Shown here piece by piece: positions 54,690 through 64,000 of a DNA stretch of 64,000 nucleotides. Source of the DNA: an uncultured Actinomycetes bacterium (GTDB lineage Bacteria; Actinomycetota; Thermoleophilia; Gaiellales; Gaiellaceae). Below the pieces are notes generated by a model. That model was not told the origin of the DNA. It ran no database searches and saw only the letters and a list, made by a program, of their open reading frames with translations. A program made the translations under genes and the position numbers. Position 1 is the first letter of the stretch, and each line of letters opens with the position of its first letter. Where the stretch lies: contig CAVTXU010000009.1 of the NCBI GenBank assembly GCA_963738775.1, forward strand, positions 96,040-160,039. The letters are read 5' to 3'.

Positions 54690-55646
54690 CTAGGAGGCCG
54701 GCTCGTCCGGGTCCGTGTCCTCCGTCGGGGTTTCCGACACGGGAGGCTCGGCGGCGGCAGGCGCAGGCTCGGGGGACGTCGGTGCCGAAACCGGTGGGCC
54801 CGAGGTGACCGGGGGTGCGGGCGCGGCCGGTGCTGCGGGTGGCGGAGGCGGCGGCGGGGCGACCGGCGCGGGCGGCCGAGCGACAGCCTCGGCGGGCCGG
54901 GCGGGGCCACCGCGGGCAGCCTCGGTCGTCTGCTCGGCGGACTTGACGATCGCGTCTGCGACCTGCGAGATCCGCTCGTCGCCGAGACCGGCGGCTGCGA
55001 GCAGCTGCTCGGCGCCGTGCTGGGCGCGCGCGAGCACCGTCGAGGCCTGGGCGCGGGCCCACTCGAGCGTCTGCTCGACCTCTGCGCGGGCGGAGTTCGT
55101 GAGCTCGGTCGCCTGGTGGCGTGCCTGCTCGAGCAGGCGTGCGGCGCGGGCCTCGGCCTCCTGGATCTCCTGATTTGCCTCGAGATTCGACTTCGCGAGC
55201 AGCTCGCGCGACTCGTTCTTCGCGGCATTGACGATCTCCGCGCGCTGGCGCTCGCTCTCGGCGCGGTAGCGCTCGACCTCGGCCTCGCGCGCCTGGAGCT
55301 CGTGCTGGCGCCGCGTGACCTCTTCCTCGGTCTTCCCGAGCTGTGACGCAGAGGCAGTCTGGGCGTCGCGCTCGATCGTGTCGGCGAACTCGGCGGCGGC
55401 GCGGATCAGATGCAGCGCATCCATGCGCACGACGTGTCCGCTCGGCTCAACCGTGCCGGTGCGGCCGGCGGCCTGGAGCACGCGGAGCTGGGCCTGGAGC
55501 TGGGCAGCGTGGCGGCGGAACGCGTCGAACGACTCGCGCACCTTGTCGACGTCGTAGCCGTCGCCTGCGCGCGGGAGGTCCTCGACCTTTGGCAGCGCGG
55601 TCAGCGCTGGCGGTGCCGGGGCGTTCCCTGGATCCTGTGTCGACAT
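54690..55646 (-). CDS. DivIVA domain-containing coiled-coil protein with Pro-rich C-terminus
   Basis: [27 protein letters not shown] (DivIVA N-terminal GYDxxEVDxF-type motif), a long coiled-coil ([32 protein letters not shown]...), and a [21 protein letters not shown] tail. GGAG 9 nt upstream of the ATG. Confidence 0.72.
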   Translation of the reverse strand: MSTQDPGNAPAPPALTALPKVEDLPRAGDGYDVDKVRESFDAFRRHAAQLQAQLRVLQAAGRTGTVEPSGHVVRMDALHLIRAAAEFADTIERDAQTASASQLGKTEEEVTRRQHELQAREAEVERYRAESERQRAEIVNAAKNESRELLAKSNLEANQEIQEAEARAARLLEQARHQATELTNSARAEVEQTLEWARAQASTVLARAQHGAEQLLAAAGLGDERISQVADAIVKSAEQTTEAARGGPARPAEAVARPPAPVAPPPPPPPAAPAAPAPPVTSGPPVSAPTSPEPAPAAAEPPVSETPTEDTDPDEPAS

Positions 55647-55733
55647 TCCGTTGGCTCCCTCTCGTGCGGCTACGGGCGCGCGCCCGCTTGAACCGAAGTA
55701 TGACTACACCATCGGCCGCAGCGATAGTGGAAC

Positions 55734-57473
55734 TTAATTGTCCTTGCGGATGATGCTGACGCCAAGCTCGTCCAGTTGCTCTTTCGGCGCCTCGGACGGA
55801 GCTCCTGTCATCGGGTCGACGCCGGCCTGATTCTTCGGAAACGCGATCACGTCGCGCAGGTTCGGCTCACCGGCCAGCACCATCATCATCCGGTCGATTC
55901 CGAACGCGATGCCGCCGTGCGGCGGCGCGCCCATCGCGAGCGCGTCGAGCAGGAACCCGAACTTCGCGCGCTGCTCCTCGGCGGAGATCCCGAGCAGGTC
56001 GAAGACGCGCGCCTGGAGGTCGGACTCGTGGATCCGGAACGAGCCGCCGCCGAGCTCGTTGCCGTTGCCGATCAGGTCGTAGGCGACGGCGAGCGCCTTC
56101 CCGGGCTCCTGGTCGAAGGTGGCCTCCCACTCCGGGGTCGGTCGCGTGAACGGATGGTGCACGGCGCCCCAGCGCTTGCGCTCCTCGTCCCACTCTAACA
56201 TCGGGAAGTCGGTGATCCAGAGCCACGACCACGCCTGCTCGTCGATCAGCCCGAGCTGCTCGGCGACGTGGAGTCGCAGGGCGCCGAGGACGCGCGAGGT
56301 CGATTCCCAGCCGGCCGCGGCGAAGAGCGCCGTCGTGCCCGGCTCGCCGGCGAACGCGGCCAGCTCCGCCTCGGAGAGGAACTTCGCGATCGGCGAGCGC
56401 ACCTCGCCCGAATCGTCCGTGATCACGTACGCGAGCCCCTTCGCGCCCCACTGCTTCGCGATCTCCTCGAGAGCGTCGAGCTCGGAGCGCGAGAACGCCT
56501 TCGGCGCGCGGATGAAGCGCACGGCCTCGGCGCCCGCGAAGACGCCGAACTCCGAGCCGCGCGTCAGCTCGGTCGCATCCTCGAGCTCGAGCCCGAAGCG
56601 CAGGTCGGGCTTGTCGGAGCCGAAGCGCCGGTCGGCCTCCGCCCATGTCATGCGCTGGAACGGCGTCTCGAGCTCGACGCCGATGCACTCGCGCCACACC
56701 GTCCCGATCATCTGCTCCATCAGGCCGAGGATGAACTCCTGGTCGGGGAAGGCCGTCTCGACGTCGAGCTGCGTGATCTCCTGCACCCGGTCGGCGCGCA
56801 GATCCTCGTCCCGGAAGCAGATCGCGATCTGGTAGTAGCGCTCGAAGCCGCTGGTCACGAGCAGCTGTTTGTAGATCTGCGGCGACTGCGGCAGCGCGTA
56901 GAACTGGCCCGGCTGGAGGCGCGACGGGACGAGGAAGTCGCGGGCGCCCTCGGGCGTCGGCTTGGCGAGGATCGGCGTCTGGATGTCGACGAAGCCGGCC
57001 GCCTCCATCACGCGCCGGATCGTGCCGACCATCTGGCCGCGCAGGCGGATGTTGCGCTGCATCTTGTCGCGGCGCAGGTCGAGCCAGCGGTAGCGCAGCC
57101 GGAGCGTCTGGTCGACGTTCTCCTCGTCGAGCTGGAACGGGAGCGGCGTCGAGCGCGAGACGATCGTGAGCCGGTCGACCAGCACCTCGACTGCGCCCGT
57201 CGGCATCGCGGGATTCACCGTCTCGGGCGAGCGCGCGACGACCTCGCCCTCGGCCTGGAGCACGAACTCGTTGCGGATCTCGTGCGCCGGCTCGGCCGCG
57301 GCGGGCGCGTGCTCGGGATTGACCACGAGCTGGCAGATGCCGCTGCCGTCGCGGAGGTCGACGAAGACGAGCCCGCCGTGGTCGCGGCGTCGCGCCGCCC
57401 AGCCCGCGACGACGACGCGCTGCCCGACGTGCTCGACGCCGAGCTCGCCGCAGGAGTGGTCGCGCCAGCTCAT
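55734..57473 (-). CDS. aspS: aspartate--tRNA ligase
   Basis: 579 aa. GWAARRRDHGGLVFVDLRDGSGICQLV..., class II motifs FYALPQSPQ, FRDEDLRADR, GGGSFRIH, GIAFGIDR. Confidence 0.95.
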   Translation of the reverse strand: MSWRDHSCGELGVEHVGQRVVVAGWAARRRDHGGLVFVDLRDGSGICQLVVNPEHAPAAAEPAHEIRNEFVLQAEGEVVARSPETVNPAMPTGAVEVLVDRLTIVSRSTPLPFQLDEENVDQTLRLRYRWLDLRRDKMQRNIRLRGQMVGTIRRVMEAAGFVDIQTPILAKPTPEGARDFLVPSRLQPGQFYALPQSPQIYKQLLVTSGFERYYQIAICFRDEDLRADRVQEITQLDVETAFPDQEFILGLMEQMIGTVWRECIGVELETPFQRMTWAEADRRFGSDKPDLRFGLELEDATELTRGSEFGVFAGAEAVRFIRAPKAFSRSELDALEEIAKQWGAKGLAYVITDDSGEVRSPIAKFLSEAELAAFAGEPGTTALFAAAGWESTSRVLGALRLHVAEQLGLIDEQAWSWLWITDFPMLEWDEERKRWGAVHHPFTRPTPEWEATFDQEPGKALAVAYDLIGNGNELGGGSFRIHESDLQARVFDLLGISAEEQRAKFGFLLDALAMGAPPHGGIAFGIDRMMMVLAGEPNLRDVIAFPKNQAGVDPMTGAPSEAPKEQLDELGVSIIRKDN

Positions 57474-58693
57474 GCGCTGAGCGTATCGACGAGCTCAGCC
57501 AGAGGAACCTGCCGGTCGGGTTTGCTGCGCTCGCGAATCGTCGCCGTTTCTCCTTCGACGGTCACGATCCACCGTGGGTCGAGGCGCTGCGCGTGTTTCA
57601 CCTGCGCGTTGTGCGAACGGCCGCCGTAGTCGATGTCCGCGGCGACGCCTCGGTGGCGCAGCTCTGCGAGCAAGGGCAGGAGCGGCGCCTTGTCCTCGGC
57701 GACGATGAAGGCGTCGAGCCGTTGTGGCTCGGCCGTCGCGCCCGCGTCGGCGAGCGCGAGCGCGAGGCGGTCGAGCCCTGCGCCGAAGCCGATCCCGGGC
57801 GTCGGCTCGCCGCCGAGCTCCTCGACGAGCCCGTCGTAGCGCCCGCCCGCGCAGATCGTGTCCTGGGCGTGGCCGGTCGAGGTCTCCTTGAACTCGAAGG
57901 TCGTGCGCGTGTAGTAGTCGATCCCGCGCACGAGCGTCGGGACGATCGTGAACGGGATCCCGTAGAGCCTGAGCGCCGCCTGCACCGCCTCGAAGTGCTC
58001 GCGGCACTCGTCGCAGAGCGACTCGCCGATCTTCGGCGCGTCGGCGAGCGCGGCCTGGACGCGCTCGCTCTTTACGTCGAAGACGCGCAGCGGGTTGGTG
58101 GCGCGCTTCTGCTTCGCGGCCTCGTCGAGCACGTCGGCGTTCGCGTCGAGCCACGCGGTGAGCTGCTCCAGGTACGCGGGCCTGCATTTCTCGTCGCCGA
58201 TCGAGTTGAGCTGGAGCTCCCACGAGGTGTAGTCGAAGCGCCGCAGCAGCTCCGTATAGAGCTGGATCAGCTCCGCGTCAACGGCCGGATCCGCCGAGCC
58301 GATGATCTCCGCGCTGAGCTGGGTGTGCTCGCGGTACCGGCCCGCCTGCGGCCGGTCGAAGCGGTACATCGTGGCGATCGTGAAGAGCTTCACCGGCTTC
58401 GGCTCGCGGTGGAGGCCGTTCTCGAGGTACGCGCGCACGATCGGCGCGGTGCCCTCGGGGCGCAGCGTCAGCGAGCGGCCACCGCGGTCGTCGAAGGTGT
58501 AGGTCTCCTTCTGGACGATGTCCGAGCCGGCCCCGGACGAGCGCTGGATCATCGCGGTGTCCTCGAACGCGGGCGTCTGGATGCGCGCGTAGCCGTAGAG
58601 CGGCAGCAGCCGCTCGATCTCGCCCACGAGCCGCCACCAGAGCGCGTCGCCCGGGAGGATGTCCCGCGTCCCGCTCGGCGCCTGAAACTTCAT
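57470..58693 (-). CDS. hisS: histidine--tRNA ligase
   Basis: MKFQAPSGTRDILPGD...YTFDDRGGRSLTLRPEGTAPIVRAY...YRFDRPQAGRYREH...GGRYDGL...GIGFGAGLDR. ATGA overlaps at both ends. Confidence 0.95.
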   Translation of the reverse strand: MKFQAPSGTRDILPGDALWWRLVGEIERLLPLYGYARIQTPAFEDTAMIQRSSGAGSDIVQKETYTFDDRGGRSLTLRPEGTAPIVRAYLENGLHREPKPVKLFTIATMYRFDRPQAGRYREHTQLSAEIIGSADPAVDAELIQLYTELLRRFDYTSWELQLNSIGDEKCRPAYLEQLTAWLDANADVLDEAAKQKRATNPLRVFDVKSERVQAALADAPKIGESLCDECREHFEAVQAALRLYGIPFTIVPTLVRGIDYYTRTTFEFKETSTGHAQDTICAGGRYDGLVEELGGEPTPGIGFGAGLDRLALALADAGATAEPQRLDAFIVAEDKAPLLPLLAELRHRGVAADIDYGGRSHNAQVKHAQRLDPRWIVTVEGETATIRERSKPDRQVPLAELVDTLSA

Positions 58694-59316
58694 GACGCGC
58701 GCAGCTCTGCGAGGAACGGGTTGCGTGCGAGCTCGTCGCCGAGCGTCGTCGCGGGGCCGTGGCCCGGATAGACGGCGGTGTCGGCCGGATAGCTGTCGAC
58801 GAGCGCGCGGATCGAGGCGAGCAGCGTCTCCCAGTCGGCGCCGGGAAGGTCGGTGCGGCCGACCGAGCCTGCGAACAGGACGTCGCCCGAGAACAGCGCG
58901 CCGTCGGCGTGGTAGGCGACGTGGCCCGGAGAGTGGCCGGGGACGCTGACCACGTCGAACTCGATCCCTGCGAGGTCGAGCAGCTCGCCGCCGCCGACGG
59001 TGAAGTCGGGCACGTGCGCGCGTACGCCGAACTGCGCCGAGGGCTCCTCGAGCTCGCTGCGCTCGATCTCGGGGATGTACACCGGCGCGCCGGTGCCTTC
59101 CGCGAGGTCGGCGACGCCGCCGAGGTGGTCGAAATGGCCGTGCGTGATCAGGATCGCGGCGCAGCGCGTGCCCATGCGCGCGAGCTCGAGCCGGAGCTGG
59201 GCGGCGTCTCCGCCGGGATCGACGACGACGGCTTCGGGGGAGGTGCGGTCGGCCCGGACGACGTAGCAGTTCGTCCCGAGCGGGCCCAGCTCGTACGTGT
59301 CGATCGCGAGCGCCAT
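58690..59316 (-). CDS. MBL-fold metallo-hydrolase (hydroxyacylglutathione hydrolase-like)
   Basis: ILITHGHFDHLGGV, VPGHSPGH, GDVLFAGSVGRTD, YPGHG. Confidence 0.85.
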   Translation of the reverse strand: MALAIDTYELGPLGTNCYVVRADRTSPEAVVVDPGGDAAQLRLELARMGTRCAAILITHGHFDHLGGVADLAEGTGAPVYIPEIERSELEEPSAQFGVRAHVPDFTVGGGELLDLAGIEFDVVSVPGHSPGHVAYHADGALFSGDVLFAGSVGRTDLPGADWETLLASIRALVDSYPADTAVYPGHGPATTLGDELARNPFLAELRAS

Positions 59317-59324
59317 TCGAGACG

Positions 59325-59753
59325 CTATTCGGGCTTCTGCTTCGGCTTCGGCTTGGGTACCTGCCCCTGCTTCTTCAGGTACGAGCGGTACTGGAGCGTC
59401 TCCATCGCGTAGCTGAACGGGACGAAGAAGAGCAGCAGGACGAGCGTCTGGAACAGCTTGGCCGTGAGAGTCAGCTTCGAGCCGATCAGGTAGACGGTGA
59501 CGAACATCAGCGGCGCGAAAATCGCCGCGCGCTTGGCGACTCGGCGCCAGGACGGCTGCGGCGGGATGCGAGTGGCGCGGCCTCCACGGGCCGGCGGCGC
59601 GCTCTTCTTCGCGGTCGCCTTCACCGCGGGCGCGGCCGCGACCGCCTCGACCTCGTCGGGGGCGAGCTCGTTCCCCTCGTGGTCGACCCAGACCTCTTCG
59701 TACTCGTGTCGCCGCTCCTTGGCGCGGCGGCGTTCCTGCTTCTTCTTGGCCAT
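59325..59753 (-). CDS. hypothetical membrane protein with highly basic N-terminus
   Basis: [27 protein letters not shown]..., two TM ([34 protein letters not shown]), and a Lys/Pro tail KPKPKQKPE. No family recognised. Confidence 0.5.
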   Translation of the reverse strand: MAKKKQERRRAKERRHEYEEVWVDHEGNELAPDEVEAVAAAPAVKATAKKSAPPARGGRATRIPPQPSWRRVAKRAAIFAPLMFVTVYLIGSKLTLTAKLFQTLVLLLFFVPFSYAMETLQYRSYLKKQGQVPKPKPKQKPE

Positions 59754-59757
59754 GCCG

Positions 59758-60990
59758 CTAGCGTAGCTCGCCGCCGGCGACGACGGACTTCACGACCGGC
59801 CCGCCGAGGTGGTAGGCGAGGTAGCGCCAGTCGGGCGCGTCGAGGAGGACGAGGTCGGCGTCGTAGCCAGGGGCGAGCCGGCCCTTGCGATCGGCGCGCC
59901 CGAGCACGTGCGCCGCGTTGACGGTGCAGGCCGCGAGCGCTTCGGCGGGCGCGAGCCCGAGCTGGGTCGCAGCCAGCGAGCAGACGAGCGGGAGGCTCTC
60001 GCAGAACGCGCTGCCGGGGTTGAAGTCGGTCGCGAGCGCGACGCGCGGCGCCCGCGTCGACGAGCGCACGCGCCGGTGGCATCGGCCGGCCGAGGAAGAG
60101 CGCGCTCGCCGGAAGCAGGACGCCGACGACGTCGCTAGCGGCGAGCGCACGGACGCCGTCGTCGCCGGTCGCCTCGAGGTGGTCGACCGAGCGCGCGCCG
60201 AGCTCGATCGCGAGCGGGATCGCGCCCGACTCGGTGAACTGGTCGCCGTGGAGGCGGAGCGCGAGGCCGGCGGCGCGGCACGCCTCGAGGTAGCGACGCG
60301 CCTGCGTGGCGTCGAAGGCGCCCCGCTCGAGGAACACGTCGGCGGCCTCGGCGAGCGCGCGCAGCCTCGGGCAGGACGTCGGCGAGCACGAAGTCGAGGT
60401 AGGCGTCGGCGTCGTCATCGAACTCCGGCGGGACGGCGTGCGCGCCGAGCCAGGTCGGGACGCCGCCCGCGGCCCGGATCGCGCGGAGCGACGCGAGCTC
60501 GGTGTCGCGGTCGAGCCCGTAGCCGGACTTGCGCCTCGAAGGTCGTCGTGCCCGGCGAGCGCGCATCCAGTCGCGGTGGCGGCGGACCGTCGCCTCCGAG
60601 CCCGTCCTCGCCGCTGCGCGCGTCGCGCGGACGGTCGAGAGGATCCCGCCGCCCGCCGGCGTGCAGCTCCTCGTACGTCGCGCCCGCCGCGCGTAGCGAG
60701 AACTCGTCGACGCGGTCGCCGGCGAAGCACGCGTGCGTGTGGCAGTCGACGAGCCCCGGAATCGCACAGAGCCCGCGCCCGTCGAGCTCCTCGACGTCGC
60801 CGTCGAGCGGCTCGAGGTCGCGCATCCGCCCCGACCGCCGCGATCCGCCCCTCCTCGCAGCAGGACGTAGCGCGTCCTCGATCCACGTCGACGTTCGCGA
60901 GCGCGCTGCCGCGCAGTGGCGCTGCGCGCCCGGCCGGCGACGCGAGCTGCGCGAGGTCGCGGACGAGCAGCCGGGGCGCCGAGCCGGCTC

Positions 60991-60994
<4 letters not shown>
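59758..60994 (-). pseudogene. hutI: imidazolonepropionase, at least 5 frame breaks
   Basis: GTG 60994 overlaps the hutU TGA (GTGA). Segments in all three frames: [14 protein letters not shown] / [56 protein letters not shown] / [12 protein letters not shown] / [36 protein letters not shown] / [57 protein letters not shown] / [20 protein letters not shown]...[15 protein letters not shown]. Confidence 0.85.
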
Positions 60995-62680
<1,686 letters not shown>

Positions 62681-62684
<4 letters not shown>

Positions 62685-62908
62685 TCCGGCTCCTTCCTCG
62701 ACTTGCGGCGGTACAGGCGGAACCACGTCCAGCCCGTCGCCACGAGATACGTGGCGAGGGCGACGACCACCGCGCGCTTCATCTCGCCGCCGGTGACGAA
62801 CGCCAGGATCACGATCAGCGCCGCGAAGCCCGCGTAGACGAGCGCCGTGTCGCGGTACGGCCGCTTCGAACGCTTCTCCTCCGGTCCCGGCCACTTCAGG
62901 ACCTTCAC
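62681..62908 (-). CDS. 75-aa two-TM membrane protein embedded between hutH and hutU
   Basis: GTG 62908 overlaps the hutH TGA (GTGA), and its TGA overlaps the hutU ATG (ATGA). [75 protein letters not shown]. Confidence 0.5.
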
Positions 62909-64000
62909 GCGAGCGCCCCCACTTCGGCCTCGACCGCGGCGACGAGCGACCCGTCGCGGATCGCAGCGGCCATCGCCTCGATCTCGGCCGAGAGCGAGCG
63001 GTCGTCGATGAGCCGCGGCGAGATCGTCCGCACGAACGAGCGCGTCGCACGCACGCCCGCGCCAGGCTGGAGGGGCGCATGGAACTCGACTCCCTGCGCG
63101 CCCGCGAGCAGCTCGATCGCCAGGGCGGACTCCGCGTTCGCGAGCACCTGCCACGCCTTCAGCCCGGCCGCGTTCCCCATCGAGACGTGATCCTCCTGGC
63201 CGGCGCTCGTCGGAATCGAGTCCACCGACGCAGGATGGCAGAGCGCCTTGTTCTCGGAGACGAGCGCCGCTGCGACGTACTGCGTGATCATGAAGCCGGA
63301 GTTGAGCCCGCCGTCGACCGTGAGAAAGGCCGGCAGCCCGTCCGAGAGGCTCGGGTTGACGAGCCGCTCGACGCGCCGCTCCGAGATGCTCGCGAGCTCG
63401 GACACCGCCATCGCGAGCGCGTCGAGCGCGAACGCGACGGGCTGCCCGTGGAAGTTGCCGTTCGAGACGAGCAGCTCGTCCTCGACCAGGACGAGCGGAT
63501 TGTCGGTCGCGGCGTTCAGCTCGACCGAGACGCGTGTAGTCGACGTAGTCGAGCAGGTCGCGCGAGGCGCCGTGCACCTGCGGCGCGCAGCGCAGCGAGT
63601 AGGCGTCCTGCACCTTGTCGCACCAGCGATGCGACTCGATGATCGCCGAGTCGTCGAGCAACGCCATCACGTTGGCGGCGCTCGCGGCCTGGCCGCGCAG
63701 CGGGCGGCAGCTTCTGGATCTGCGGCAGGAAGCTCGTGCGCGCGCCCTGGAGCGCCTCGAGCGACTGCGCGCACGCGATGTCCGCGGCCTGGCGCGAGCC
63801 GGCGCGCGCGTACGAGCCCGAGCGCGCCGAACGCGGCCATGAACTGGGTGCCGTTGATCAGCGACAGGCCTTCCTTCGCCTCGAGCACGATCGGCTCGAG
63901 CCCGACCGCGGCCAGCGCCTCGGCGCCGGGGAGCCGCTCGCCGTCGACCCACGCCTCGCCCTCGCCGACGAGCGGCAGCGCGAGGTGCGCGAGCGGCGCG
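62905..64000 (-). pseudogene. hutH: histidine ammonia-lyase, 5' end outside window, at least 2-3 frame breaks
   Basis: C-terminal part intact in ORF 62905..63411 ([28 protein letters not shown]...[41 protein letters not shown]). Upstream pieces in other frames: [42 protein letters not shown] / [15 protein letters not shown] / [26 protein letters not shown]. Confidence 0.85.

Noticed and set aside
54678-55062. Upstream extension of the 420-aa ORF 53800..55062
   Set aside because: It overlaps the DivIVA-like gene out of frame and is Arg-rich. The repeat-protein gene has a convincing GGAGG-GTG start at 54677 in the other frame.
55647-55733. Intrinsic terminator after aspS (palindrome CGGGCGCGCGCCCG)
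   Set aside because: A GC-rich palindrome is present but there is no U-tract. I cannot distinguish it from chance GC-rich self-complementarity, so it is not reported as a feature.

Overview
High-GC (about 70% by eye, not computed) chromosomal core segment with actinobacterial gene order. I recognise about 65 protein-coding genes and no rRNA, tRNA, CRISPR array, transposase, integrase or prophage gene. From about 12.4 kb to the end almost every gene is on the minus strand, in tightly packed arrays where neighbours overlap by ATGA, GTGA, TTGA or TGATG. Contents, in order:
- a pyruvate-node cluster: ppdK, PFOR/nifJ, a DHOD-like partner, and the PPDK regulatory protein
- glyQS, recO, mutM, and deoA/deoB with two tandem methyltransferases
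- ald, a DUF3866/M20 peptidase pair, and pyrG
- the steA, steB/mctB-like, recN, nadK, tlyA block
- ispA, nusB, asp23 and accC, plus an unusual carboxyltransferase-BCCP fusion, then efp and pepP
- aroQ, aroK-aroB, aroC, aroE, mltG, ruvX, alaS and mnmA
- a DivIVA-like / repeat protein / RlpA-like module
- aspS, hisS, and a hutH-hutU-hutI operon

The dominant feature is on the order of 50 single-base frame breaks (hand-traced, approximate). They are concentrated in three blocks (7.3-11.6 kb, 26.3-30.3 kb, 59.8-64 kb) and also hit essential genes (pyrG, glyS). Conserved motifs remain readable in the shifted frames. I therefore favour sequence-quality indels over real gene decay, but I cannot decide this without reads.

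I do not see a convincing novel multi-gene system such as a defence island. The best leads are:
- a catalytically degenerate 5S-type carboxyltransferase fused to BCCP in the accB position
- a C10 homopolymer exactly at the frame break of a membrane (Pro-Glu)n repeat gene, which also carries hexanucleotide and 51-bp repeats and a 16-bp perfect palindrome present three times
- small translationally coupled membrane ORFs, including one inside the hut operon
- an N-terminally extended MnmA
- a low-GC single-gene insertion between efp and pepP

Many long ORFs in the supplied track are high-GC shadow frames and were rejected.
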